A stretch of 64,000 bases of DNA from Eledone cirrhosa. Its lineage: Eukaryota. Shown in pieces: positions 12,304-26,212 of this stretch. The stretch lies in assembly GCA_964016885.1 (NCBI GenBank), contig CAXHJY010001187.1, forward strand, positions 1 through 64,000. Direction: 5' to 3'. A program made the position numbers and the translations under genes. Position 1 is the first letter of the stretch, and every line of letters starts with the position of its first letter. The notes below the pieces were generated by a model. That model was not told where the DNA came from, ran no database searches, and saw nothing but the letters and a program-made list of their open reading frames with translations.

Positions 12304-14513
12304 TATATGTATATAATATATATATGTATATAATATATATATGTATATAATATATATATGTATATAATATATATATGTATATAATATATATATGTATATA
12401 ATATATATATGTATATAATATATATATGTATATAATATATATATGTATATAATATATATATGTATATAATATATATATGTATATAATATATATATGTATA
12501 TAATATATATGTATATAATATATATATGTATATAATATATATATGTATATATTATATATATGTATATATTATATATATGTATATATTATATATATGTATA
12601 TATTATATATATGTATATATTATATATATGTATATATTATATATATGTATATATTATATATATGTATATATTATATATATGTATATATTATATATATGTA
12701 TATATTATATATATGTATATATTATATATATGTATATATTATATATATGTATATATTATATATATGTATATATTATATATATGTATATATTATATATATG
12801 TATATATTATATATATGTATATATTATATATATGTATATATTATATATATGTATATATTATATATATGTATATATTATATATATGTATATATTATATATA
12901 TGTATATATTATATTATATATATGTATATATTATATTATATATATGTATATATTATATATATGTATATATTATATATATGTATATATTATATATATGTAT
13001 ATATTATATATATGTATATATTATATATATGTATATATTATATATATGTATATATTATATATATGTATATATTATATATATGTATATATTATATATATGT
13101 ATATATTATATATATGTATATATTATATATATGTATATATTATATATATGTATATATTATATATATGTATATATTATATATATGTATATATTATATATAT
13201 GTATATATTATATATATGTATATATTATATATATTTATATATGTATATATATATTATATATATTTATATATGTATATATTTATATATGTATATATTTATA
13301 TATGTATATATTTATATATGTATATATTTATATATGTATATATTTATATATGTATATATTTATATATGTATATATTATATATATGTATATATTATGTATA
13401 TGTATATATTATGTATATGTATATATTATGTATATGTATATATTATGTATATGTATATATTATGTATATGTATATATTATGTATATGTATATATTATATA
13501 TATGTATATATTATGTATATGTATATATTATATATATGTATATATTATGTATATGTATATATTATGTATATGTATATATTATGTATATGTATATATTATA
13601 TATATGTATATATTATGTATATGTATATATTATGTATATGTATATATTATGTATATGTATATATTATGTATATGTATATATTATGTATATGTATATATTA
13701 TGTATATGTATATATTATGTATATGTATATATTATGTATATGTATATATTATGTATATGTATATATTATGTATATGTATATATTATGTATATGTACATAT
13801 TATGTATATGTATATATTATGTATATGTATATATTATGTATATGTATATGTATGTATATGTATATATTATGTATATATTATATATATGTATATATTATGT
13901 ATATATTATATATATGTATATGTATATATATGTATATATTATATATATGTATAGATATGTATATGTATAGATATGTATATATTATATATATGTATAGATA
14001 TGTATATGTATAGATATGTATATATTATATATATGTATATGTATAGATATGTATATATTATATATATGTATATGTATAGATATGTATATATTATATATAT
14101 GTATAGATATGTATATATTATATATATGTATATGTATAGATATGTATATATTATATATATGTATATGTATAGATATGTATATATTATATATATGTATATA
14201 TATATGTATATGTATATATATGTATATGTATGTACATGTATATATATGTATATATAAGTATGTATATGTATATGTATATATATGTATATGTATGTATATA
14301 TATATATATGTATGTATATATATATATGTATGTATATATATATATATGTATATGTATGTATATATATGTATATGTATATGTATATATATGTATATATATG
14401 TATATATATGTATATATTATATATATGTATATATATTATATGTATATATATGTATATATATTATATGTATATATATGTATATATATTATATGTATATAAT
14501 ATATATATTATAT

Positions 14514-16122
14514 ATGCCTGAAGGCATCAGGGGACGTAGGCACTAACCTGGTTGCACGCATCATCAATCAGGCTATATATGGTGGTGTCATACCCAAAGA
14601 CTGGTGCAGCAGTATTCTCATAAATTGCTACAAAGGTAAAGGGGATGCTTTGGAGAGGAGCAATTATAGGGGTATAAAACTGATAGATCAGGTTATGAAA
14701 GTGGCAGAAAGGACTTTAGCACAACTAATTAGAGAAAGGGTCAAACTAGATGAGATGCAGTTTGGTTTTGTGCCTGGGAAGAGTACAACAGATGCCCTCT
14801 TCTTGGTGAGACAAATGCAAGAGAGGTTCTTAGAGAAGAATAAGCCACTATACTTAGCCTTTGTTGACCTAGAGAAGGCCTTTGATAGGGTACCCCGATC
14901 TGTCATCTGGTGGTCCCTAAGGAAGCTAGGTGTTGAATGGCTTGTGAGGACAGTGCAAACTTTGTACAGAGGTACTCTCAGTAAAGTCAGAGTAGGAATG
15001 GAGTTTAGTGAAGAATTCCAGATACAAGTAGGAGTACATCAGGGTTCGGTCCTCAGCCCGCTCTTGTTCATTATAGTCCTCCAAGCCATAACAGAGGAGT
15101 TTAAGACTGGCTGTCCATGGGAACTTCTCTATGCTGACGATCTGGCTCTTATAGCAGAATCAATAGAGGAGCTAGAGAATAAATTCCGGCTATGGAAACA
15201 GCAGTTGGAAGCAAGAGGACTGAGAGTAAATCTAGCTAAGACAAAAGTGTTGATGAGTAGAAAAGAGGACAAAACCCTGATTCCGTCAGGGAAATGGCCA
15301 TGTTCGATATGCAGAAAAGGAACTGGCATCAATTCTATAAAATGCACACAATGCAGGTCCTGGGTACACAAGAGATGTAGCGGGATAGCAGGAAAACTAA
15401 CAGGTAGGGAGAAATATGTATGCAGTAGATGTACAGGGAAATTAGACAGTAGAAGTCGCACTGATAGACACATTTTTCAAATGCGAGAGGGCGCTATAGA
15501 AGTGGTGGATAGCTTCCGGTACCTAGGAGATCAGATTAGCATGGGAGGAGGGTGTTCCGAGGCCATAGTATCTAGAATAAGGACGGGTTGGAAGAAGTTT
15601 AGGGAGCTGCTTCCTCTGTTGACGAAGAAGGGTTTCTCCCTGCGTACGACAGGCCGGTTGTATGATGCCTGTGTGAGGAGTGCGATGCTGCATGGTAGTG
15701 AGACATGGGCAGCAACCGCAGAGGATATGCGACGGCTGGAGAGAAATGAGGCAAGCATGCTCCGTTGGATGTGCAGTGTAAATGTGCGTGAACGACCCAG
15801 CATAAATGTGTCGAGAGAGAAACTGTGTCTGAGAGGGATAGAATGTAGTGTACGGGAGAAGAGACTGAGGTGGTATGGACATGTGATGCGCATGCAGGAT
15901 GACTGATGGGTGAAGAAGTGCCAGGAAATGCCAGTTGAAGGAAGATGTGGTAGAGGTAGACCACGAAAAACATGGGCGGAGGTGGTGAGAACAGACCTCA
16001 GATCATTGAAGCTCACGGTGGAGATGACGAGGGACCGTGACGAGTGGAGAGATGCTGTGCTGAATAAGACCTGTCCCACCCTTGCAAGCAGGGAAAAGCG
16101 GACGTAAAATGATGATGATGAT
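14514..16122 (+). mobile_element. RTE-clade LINE, family C, 5'-truncated and disrupted
   Basis: RT motifs in ORF 14650-15906, with a premature TGA at 15904-15906. The frame continues to TAA at 16107, followed almost directly by an (ATG)n tail. Confidence 0.93.
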
Positions 16123-16977
16123 ATATATGTATATATATTATATGTATATATATGTATATATATTATATGTATATATATGGATATGTATTATATGTATATA
16201 TATGTATATATATTATATGTATATATATGTATATATATTATATGTATATATATATTATATGTATATATATATTATATGTATATATATTATATGTATATAT
16301 ATTATATGTATATATATTATATGTATATATATGTATATATTATATGTATATATATGTATATATTATATGTATATATATGTATATATTATATGTATATATA
16401 TGTATATATGTATATATATGTATATATGTATATATATGTATATATGTATATATTATATATATGTATATATTATGTATATGTATGTATATGTATATATGTA
16501 TATATTATGTATATGTATGTATATGTATATATGTATATATTATGTATATATGTATATGTTATATATATGTATATATTATGTATATGTATATATTATGTTT
16601 ATGTATATGTATATGTATGTATATGTATATATTATATATATGTATATGTATGTATATGTATATATTATATATATGTGTATATATTATATATATGTATATA
16701 TATGTATATATTATATATATGTATATATTATATATATGTATATGTTATATATATGTATATATTATGTATATGTATATATTATGTTTATGTATATGTATAT
16801 GTATATGTATGTATATGTATATATTATGTATATGTATATATTATGTATATGTATATATTATATATATGTATATATTATATATATGTATATATTATATATA
16901 TGTATATATTATATATATGTATATATTATATATATGTATATGTATATGTATATATATTATATGTATATATATTATAT

Positions 16978-17398
16978 GTTGGACACAGATGTTAGTCCAT
17001 ATGGTGTTAATGCCTTCCTCGATTAGAGTCACAGGGACCTCCTCGACTCTAATCGAGGAAGGCACTTCTTCCCTCGCGCACTTTTTCCCTCGTTTGAATT
17101 TTCCCCATAACGGCATTCCTATGTTTTAACGATAATACAACAATTTTCTCCGGCTTAGCCTGTTGCCCCCCATTTGGAACTTTCCCCCCGTTGATGGGCG
17201 TGAGCCCGAAATATTGGGATTAAATCTCCACTACGGTAATCCTTCTACCTTTGTTTTGTTTTCGTTTCTCTCATTTTCACTTTTCTCCTATTTCTTACTC
17301 ACTTTCTACCTCGAGATTTCCCATCTGCATTGTTGTGGCTTTCTAAACTACATATTTTACATATTTGACAATGCTTCAAGCAAACTTAAACACCCTCT

Positions 17399-17399
<1 letters not shown>
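16978..17399. other. Unassigned ~420-bp island with a 20-bp perfect inverted repeat and a degenerate hammerhead-like motif
   Basis: IR arms 17011-17030 and 17045-17064. CCGTTGA-T-GGGC-GTGA-GCCC-GAAA-TATT at 17188-17215. Confidence 0.55.
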
Positions 17400-17451
<52 letters not shown>

Positions 17452-17627
17452 GTGTATGTATATATATATATGTGTATGTATATATATGTGTATGTTTATA
17501 TGTGTATGTATATATATACATATGTGTATGTATATATATACATATGTGTATGTATATATATATGTATATATATATATATATATATATGTGTATGTATATA
17601 TATATATATGTGTATGTATATATGTGT

Positions 17628-18015
17628 ATCATCATCATCATCACCGTTTTACGTTCGTTCTTCCACGCTAGCATGGGTTAGACGGGTTGTCTTGTTGTGG
17701 GCAGTGTTTGGTCGGCTGACCATGCCTTGTTCATACAGGAACTGATCTGGCTTGATTTCTACAGCTGGATGCCCTTCCTAACACCAACCTCATTAACAGT
17801 GAGTGCTGGGTGCTTTTTCATGGCGCCTACACGTCCACTTTACAGTGTGGGCTGGGTGCTTTTTTGCCGTGGCACCTCCACGACCACCTTGCGGTGGGGG
17901 GTGTGGGGGCATATTGTCTATATGCTTCAGCTTGTACCCATGGGAGGTCGGGTACTCTGTATTACTGCGTGACGCCATAAGTCACGGTTGTGTGTCATTG
18001 TCTTTGAGAGGTGTA
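17628..18015 (-). mobile_element. RTE family B 3' fragment
   Basis: (CAT)n tail and 3' UTR matching 31461-31855. Confidence 0.93.
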
Positions 18016-18107
18016 TATATATATATATGTGTATATATATACATGTATATATATGTGTATGTATATATGTGTATGTATATATATATATATGTATATATAT
18101 GTGTATG

Positions 18108-18141
<34 letters not shown>

Positions 18142-18580
18142 TGTATATATATGTGTATGTATATATATATATGTATATATATGTGTATGTGTATATATAT
18201 GTGTATGTATATATATATGTATATATATGTGTATGTATATATATATGTATATATATGTGTATGTATATATATATGTATATATATGTGTATGTATATATAT
18301 ATGTATATATATGTGTATGTATATATATATGTATATATATGTGTATGTATATATATATGTATATATATGTGTATGTATATATATATGTATATATATGTGT
18401 ATGTATATATATATGTATATATATGTGTATGTATATATATGTGTATGTATATGTGTATGTATATATATGTGTATGTATATATGTATATGTATATATGTGT
18501 ATGTATATATGTATATGTATATATATGTGTATGTATATATGTATATGTATATATATGTGTATGTATATATATGTATATAT

Positions 18581-19104
18581 ATCATCATCATCATCAACGT
18601 TTAACGTCCGTGTTCCACGCTTGAATGGGTTTGGACGGGGGTAGTCCCACTTGAGGCAAGAGTGATTGTCTTGCTCGCATAGGACTGTCTGGCAGGTTTT
18701 CTACAGTTGGATGCCCTTCCTAACACCAACCACATTTACAGTGTGGGTCTGGAAGGTTTTTACCGTGTTGCCTACACGGCCACATTACAGCGTGGACTGT
18801 GTGTTTTTTTGTCGTGATACCTACACGATCTCATTTGTTTCGGCCTGGATGGCGCGGCACCAACATAACTTTACATAGAAGGGGGCGGTGTGGATGGGGT
18901 GGGGGTGGTGGGACGGGGGTGTATTTGTTAGAGATGCCTACTGACTGTAGTAGGCTTTACAATGTATTTAGGTAAGGCGGGTCTTCTCTATGACTGAGTA
19001 CCGCCAAAGATCTCGGTCCAGTGACATTGTCTTGGAGAGGTGTAAGTGTGTGAGGTCGGAGTTTATCAGCTCGTCCCAGGTTTTTCTGGGTCTGCCTATT
19101 CCGT
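18581..19104 (-). mobile_element. RTE family A 3' fragment (subfamily ending TRLT*)
   Basis: (CAT)n tail, family A 3' UTR and [17 protein letters not shown]. Carries extra ~30 bp at ~18945-18972 shared with the copies at 36022-36055 and 49116-49150. Confidence 0.93.
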
Positions 19105-20816
19105 ATATATATGTGTATGTATATATATATATGTATATATATGTGTATGTATATATATATATGTATATATATGTGTATGTATATATATATATGTATATAT
19201 ATGTGTATGTATATATGTATATATATGTGTATGTATATATATATATATATGTATATATATGTGTATGTATATATATATATATATGTATATATATGTGTAT
19301 GTATATATATATATATGTATATATATGTGTATGTATATATATATATGTATATATATGTGTATGTATATATATGTATATATATGTGTATGTATGTATATAT
19401 ATGTATATATATGTGTATGTATGTATAAATATATGTGTATGTATGTATATATATGTATATATATGTGTATGTATGTATAAATATATGTATATATATGTGT
19501 ATGTATGTATATATATATGTATATGTGTATGTATATATATATATGTGTATGTATATATATATATGTGTATGTATATATGTGTATGTATATATATATATAT
19601 GTGTATGTATATATATATATGTGTATGTATATATATATATATGTGTATGTATATATATATATGTGTATGTGTATATATATATGTGTATGTATATATATAT
19701 ATGTGTATATATATATATGTGTATGTATATATATATATGTGTATGTATATATATATATGTGTATGTATATATATATATGTGTATGTATATATATATATGT
19801 GTATGTATATGTATATATATGTGTATGTATATGTATATATGTGTGTATGTATATGTATATATGTGTGTATGTATATGTATATATGTGTGTATGTATGTAT
19901 ATGTGTGTATATATATGTATATATATGTGTATATATATGTATATGTATGTATATATATGTATATGTATGTATATATATGTATATGTATGTATATATATGT
20001 ATATATATGTATATATATATGTATATATATGTATATATATATGTATATATATATATGTATATATATATATGTATATATATATGTATATATATATGTATAT
20101 ATATATGTATATATATGTATATATATATGTATATATATGTGTATGTATATATATGTGTATGTATATATATATATATGTGTATATATGTGTATATATATGT
20201 ATATATATGTGTATGTATATATATATATATGTGTATATATGTGTATATATATGTGTATATATGTGTATATATATGTATATATATGTGTATGTATATATAT
20301 ATATGTGTATGTATATATATATATATGTGTATGTATATATATATATATGTGTATGTATATATATGTGTATGTGTATGTATATATATGTGTATGTATATAT
20401 ATATATATATATATGTGTATATATGTATATATATCATCATCATCATCATCAACGTTTAACGTCCGTGTTCCACGCTTGCATGGGTTTGGACGGGGGTAGT
20501 CCCACTTGAGGCAAGAGTGATTGTCTTGCTCGCATAGGACTGTCTGGCAGGTTTTCTACAGTTGGATGCCCTTCCTAACACCAACCACATTTACAGTGTG
20601 GGTCTGGGAGGTTTTTACCGTGTTGCCTACACGGCCACATTACAGCGTGGACTGTGTGTTTTTTTGTCGTGACACCTACACGATCTCATTTGTTTCGGCC
20701 TGGATGGCGCGGCACCAACATAACTTTACATAGAACGGGGGTGGTGTGGATGGGGTGGGGGTGGTGTGGATGGGGTGTGGGTGGTGGCGGGATGGGGTGT
20801 ATTTTGTTAGAGATGC

Positions 20817-23800
20817 CTACTGGCAAGGCGGGCTGGCAAGGCGGGTCTTCTCTGTTACTGAGTACCGCCAAAGGTCTCGGTGCAGTGACATTGTCTTGGA
20901 GAGGTGTAAGTGTGTGAGGTCGGAGTTTATCAGCTCATCCCATGTTTTTCTAGGTCTGCATATTCCGTGGCTACCGTCTATCTTTATTGCCCTGCACTTT
21001 GTTATACAGCTATCGACTTTCATGCGCATCACGTGTCCATACCAACGCAGCCTTCTCTCGAGTAAACAACATCTGATCCCTCTTATCTCTAATTTTTTCC
21101 TTAGTTCGTTTATGCTTTGCCGTTCACGTATATTACTGTTACACATCCAGCGGAGCATGCAAGCTTCGTTCCTCTCTAGTCTGCGTATATCCTCTGCACA
21201 CAATGCCCAGGTCTCACTACCATGCAGCATTGCTGTTCGTATGCAGGCATCGTACAACCTGCCTTTCATTTTTAGGGAGAACCCTTTAGCAGCTAATAGT
21301 GGTATAAGCTCTCTGAACTTTTTCCAACCAGTTCTGACTCTAGCTACAGTACTTTCAGAGCACCCTCCCCCACTGCTGATTTTATCGCCCAGGTAACGGA
21401 AGCTGTCCACTATTTCTATAGAACCCTCTGCGCAATTGAAAGAGCTAGTATTTTGTGGGCACTTGCTGCTACTTATTGCCCCAGAACACCGGCCACATGT
21501 AAAATCTATGTTCTTAGTTAGCTTACCTGTGATCCCACTACATCTTTTATGCACCCATACTTTGCATTTAGGACATAAAATGGAGTTTCTACCTACGCCT
21601 TTCCTACACACCGAGCACGACCATTTCCCAGAAGGGACCGCCGCCTTGTTTTCTTTCCTACAAACTAGAACTTTGGCCAGGTTAATTTTAAGTCCTTTTG
21701 ACTCTAGGCCGTGCTTCTATGTTTGGAATTTCTTCTCTAGCTCGGCCATTGATTCCGCTATGAGTGTCAGGTCGTCTGCGTATAGGAGTTCCCATGGGCA
21801 GCCTGTCTTGAACTCCTCTGTTATAGCCTGAAGGGCAATAATAAATAGTAGGGAGCTGAGAACAGAGCCCTGATGGACGCCAACTTTTACGCTAAACTCT
21901 TCACTATATTCGTTGTTAATTCTAACCTTGCTGACTGTTTCTTTATACATGGCTTGTATAGCCCTCACAAGCCATTCGTCAATGCCTAGTTTTCTAAGAG
22001 CCCACCAGATAATGGAGCGGGGGACTCTGTCGAAGGCTTTCTCCAGGTCGACAAAAGCTAAGTAGAGGGGTTTACCTTTAGCTAGGTACTTCTCCTGTAG
22101 TTGTCGTACTATGAAAAGAGCGTCTGTGGTGCTTTTGCCTGACACAAACCCGAACTGCATTTCATCTAGATCGATTCTCTCTCTGATTAGTTGCGCTATT
22201 ACTTTTTCCGTGACCTTCATGACCTGGTCGATTAATTTAATGCCTCTATAGTTACTCCTATCTAGGGCGTCTCCTTTACCCTTATAACAGTTAACGATGA
22301 TGCTGCTATGCCAGTCCTTCGGAACAACCCTATTCTGTACGACTTGGTTAACTATGCGGGTGACCATGGTGTGTCCCACCGTGCCAGATGCCTTCAGCAT
22401 CTCAGCAACTATTTCCGAAGGCCCAGCCGCCTTACCCGTCTTCATATCCTTGATTGCCTTACTTATTATACTCCCCTCGACTAACATTGCTGGTCCCTCT
22501 ATCGGGTCGATATGGGGGAGACTGTCTTTCTCCCATTTATTCTCCTCATTTAGTAGCCTTTCATAGTGACACTTCCAAGCTACCTTCTTATCAGTGTCGG
22601 TGATGGCAAGTATGCCATCATCGTTAAGTACACACTTCTCCCCGACAATATCACGGTTTTCCTTGACGCATTGCCTGGCAATTCTGAACACCTCACGTTT
22701 TTGGTCATCGCGTTGTAGAACATGCTTGAACTTTCTTTCCTCAGCTTCCCTTCTTGCTAAGTACACTTCTCTCCTAGCTTCCCTCCTGGCCACTTGATAG
22801 TCTACTCTACTTCCCCCATCCCGCCATACTTTCCAAGCCTGCTTTTTGGCCTTAATTGACCCCTCCACCCTACTGTTCCACCACCAAGTTACTCTCCTCC
22901 TGCCTACAGGCCTGCTCCAGCCACAGACTTCGTCTGTCGCCAACAGCAGGTTTGCTTTCAGAAATTCCCACTGTCCCTCTATATTGTCCGATTCTAGATG
23001 CTCTTCCTTACTGTCGAAAGCATCAAGTAATATGCTTTGAAATTTATTTCTGGCTGTGGGGTCCTTTAGTTTCCATATTTTCCTCCTGAGGATAGTCCTC
23101 TTCTGCTGTCGAGTACGTCTCGTCCTGAGTATGAGGTCGCTAATTATCAGTCTATGTTGGGAGGTGCATTCTTCATGGGGGAGGGATTTAGTGTTTACAA
23201 CAGACACTCTGTCACGTCTTCTGGTAAGGATATAATCTACCTGGCTTGTGTGTTCCCCTGATCTATAGGTGATCAGGTGATTGTCACGTTTTTTGAAGTT
23301 AGTGTTACAGATAGTTAGGTTATTTGCATCACAGAATTCCAGGATTCTGGAGCCTTCCTCATTTCTAGTACCAAACCCATAGCCTCCATGGATTTCGTCG
23401 TAGCCGTCACAATGTTGTCCAACGTGACCATTTAGGTCGCCTGCAATAATTATATAGTCACTGTCAGATATTTGGGAGGTAGTTAGCAACAGTGTCTCAT
23501 AGAATCTGTCTTTTATAGTGCCGGGCAGTCCGGATTGGGGTGCGTACGCAGATATTACTGTCACCGTAGTTCTATTGAGGACAAGTCTTATTTTAATTAT
23601 TCTGTCGTTCACTCTATTTACGTCTATTATCTTATCTGCCCACTTTTCTGCTACCATGATTCCTACTCCACCCAGCCCATCGTCGTTTCCCACCCAGAAA
23701 AGCTTATAACATCGTTTTTTACCCTCAATGAATCTAGCAGACCCACCCCTCCACCTGGTCTCTTGAATACAACAAACATCGACCTCCTTACGTTCAAGCA

Positions 23801-23996
23801 TTTCTACAACCTCGTTAGCGCGACCCTTTAGGGTGCCTACATTTATGGTACCAACTCTGAAGTTTTGGGTTGCGTTTGGAGGGTGGGGGTGGTGGGGGGC
23901 GGGGGGAGATAGGGTTACGTTAGCCATCCGCGGACGAAACAAAGAGGAGTGCTCGCATTCTCGTCCACGAGGTGAATTTGACTTTAACTTTGGCAT
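20817..23996 (-). pseudogene. EN-RT-PHD ORF of family A with a nonsense mutation
   Basis: TGG>TAG at 21717-21719 (KFQT* versus KFQTWKH in the 3338 copy), a 6-bp deletion near 21675, and a 13-bp duplication at 20820-20845. The start is uncertain (ATG at 23996 or 23927). Confidence 0.85.
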
Positions 23997-24114
23997 TTTC
24001 GCTCTGAGCGTCCAGATTTTTCTCTCCCTTCCACTCTCCAGGATTCTGCAGTCCGTCCATCCATCCATCCATCCATCATATATCGAAGGCAACAGGGCAA
24101 GCGATAGTATAGGC

Positions 24115-24260
24115 CTCTGGCTTATGATTGGTCCGCGTAATAATAATAATGGTGATGCGTGGGGGTGGGGGGGCTCTGGCTTATAATAATGGTGATGCAT
24201 GGGGGGGGGGCTCTGGCTTATGATTGGTCCACGTATTAAGTATGGTGGTGTGTGGGGGCG
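24115..24260 (-). repeat. Three degenerate tandem units in the family A 5' UTR, two with CCAAT
   Basis: CTCTGGCTTAT occurs three times with G-runs between. GACCAATCATAAGCCAGAG occurs twice on the sense strand. Confidence 0.7.
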
Positions 24261-24573
24261 GGTGGGAGGGTGTGGGGTAGCTAGCTGGAAGGTTATGAAT
24301 GTTTAACAAGCGATTTAACAAAAAAGCAAAACTGCAAGATTTGTTCTGTTCAATACGACAAAAACACCGTATTTAAACCTTAAATAGATAACAAAAAATA
24401 CAGATTTCGGATTTTGCTAGATTGGATGTTTGGACTATGTACGAAATTGAGCGTGGAATAGATGGAGGAAAAATTTGTACTTTACGATTTATATATATAC
24501 ATATATATATATATATATACATACACATATATATATACATACACATATACATACACATACACATACATACATA

Positions 24574-24629
24574 CGGTGCCCCAGCATGGCCTCAGCCGGA
24601 TGGCTGAAACAGGTAAAAGAGTAAAAGAG
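24574..24629 (+). mobile_element. 56-bp 3'-terminal stub of the CR1-type element (or of a SINE sharing its tail)
   Basis: CGGTGCCCCAGCATGGCCTCAGCCGGATGGCTGAAACAGGTAAAAGAGTAAAAGAG closely matches the reverse complement of 26214-26269. Confidence 0.85.
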
Positions 24630-24690
24630 TATATATATACATATATATATATACATACACATATATATACATATATACATATACATATAC

Positions 24691-25268
24691 ATGGTGGCTG
24701 CCAACTCGTTTTCGAGTACGGCCACTACTTTATATCCATGTAGGAGAACCCCTACCGATGCGCTGAACGAGTGACTTTTTAGTCCAGCCAGCGACTTGAA
24801 AACTCTGGTACAAACACTACACTTGTGACAATTATTGACACATAGTGCTGGGCCCTTGGTACCATGTGACGACAAGTGCAGAGAGATCTCCAGATACAAA
24901 GCAATGCCTGTGCTGTGAAGCTTTTATAGTGAGCAAAGGCACTGCACAAAGCCAGTCCCACTCTCTTAACCAAGATGATATTTACCAAAAAGAAGAACAA
25001 GTCAACATCATTGGATACCATCAGAGTTGCAGGTGTTATATCAGAGTTTTCCTTCTCCTAGAATTCTGCCTTGACAAAGGCTAAGGGGTTATCTCTCCCG
25101 GTGATTTTGGATGGCCATTGACTCTTAAGAGCTCCTTTGCCCTTTGACAGGTTTTGTTTTTAGTCCTGCAGGATGTCCAAAGTCACCCTCCTCACCAAGA
25201 AACCTTGGTGGGGTTGCCAGTTTAGTCGCCAACGACCCGACCATGAGACAGGTTGTACTGGGATACAT
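24691..25268 (-). mobile_element. ~610-bp non-autonomous element, copy 2 (about 30 bp 5'-truncated)
   Basis: Reverse complement of 9420-9999 with few substitutions. Confidence 0.9.
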
Positions 25269-25336
25269 CCATATATATATATATACATACATACATCTAT
25301 ATATATACATATATATATACATATATACATATATAC

Positions 25337-25904
25337 ATGGTGGCTGCCAACTCGTTTTCGAGTACGGCCACTACTTTATATCCATGTAGGAGAACCCCTA
25401 CCGATGCGCTGAACGAGTGACTTTTTAGTCCAGCCAGCGACTTGAAAACTCTGGTACAAACACTACACTTGTGACAATTACTGACACATAGTGCTGGGCC
25501 CATGGTACCATGTGACGACAAGTGCAGAGAGATCTCCAGATATAAAGCAATGCCTGTGCCGTGAAGCTTTTATAGTGAGCAAAGGCACTGCACAAAGCCA
25601 GTCCCACTCTCTTAACCAAGATGATATTTACCAAAAAGAAGAACAAGTCAACATCATTGGATACCATCAGGGTTGCAGGTGTTATATCAGAGTTTTCCTT
25701 CTCCTAGAATTCTGCCTTGACAAAGGCTAAGGGGTCATCTCTCCCGGTGATTTTGGATGGTCATTGACTCTTAAGAGCTCCTTTGCCCTTTGACAGGTTT
25801 TGTTTTTAGTCCTGCAGGATGTCCAAAGTCACCCTCCTCACCAAGAAACCTTGGTGGGGTTGCCAGTTTAGTCGCCAACGACCCGACCATGGGACAGGTT
25901 GTAC
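25337..25904 (-). mobile_element. ~610-bp non-autonomous element, copy 3 (about 40 bp 5'-truncated)
   Basis: Reverse complement of 9430-9999. Shares a 2-bp deletion in the zinc-finger remnant with copy 2. Confidence 0.9.
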
Positions 25905-25938
25905 ACATATATATACATACACATATATATACATACAC

Positions 25939-26009
<71 letters not shown>

Positions 26010-26212
26010 CATATATATATACATATATATATATATACATATATATATACATACACATATATATATATACATACACATATATATACATATATATATATAC
26101 ATATATATACATATATATATACATACACATATATATACATATATATATATACATATATATACATATATATATACATACACATATATATACATATATATAT
26201 ATATACACATAT

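Larger units (their letters stand above)
8056..14513. repeat. 17-bp AT-rich minisatellite field with variant blocks (interrupted at 9390-9999 and 12080-12303)
   Basis: Units ATGTATATATTATATAT, ATGTATATAGTATATAT, ATGTATATAATATATAT and ATGTATATATTATGTAT. The ORF track shows 17-residue periodicity ([17 protein letters not shown]). Confidence 0.92.
20433..24490 (-). mobile_element. RTE family A, apparently full length (~4.06 kb), inactivated
   Basis: ~490-bp 5' UTR, complete EN (GTINVGTL, CIQETRW, AYAPQ, GDLNGHVG), RT, PHD, 3' UTR and (CAT)n tail. Confidence 0.95.

Noticed and set aside
8056-14513. CRISPR-like or telomeric array
   Set aside because: Contiguous tandem units with no spacers or cas genes, no TTAGGG-type unit, and a eukaryotic transposon context.
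23997-24200. N-terminal extension MHHHYYKPEPP of the 827-aa ORF
   Set aside because: It lies in the repetitive 5' UTR. Family B has only about 27 residues before the endonuclease, so a downstream ATG is more likely.
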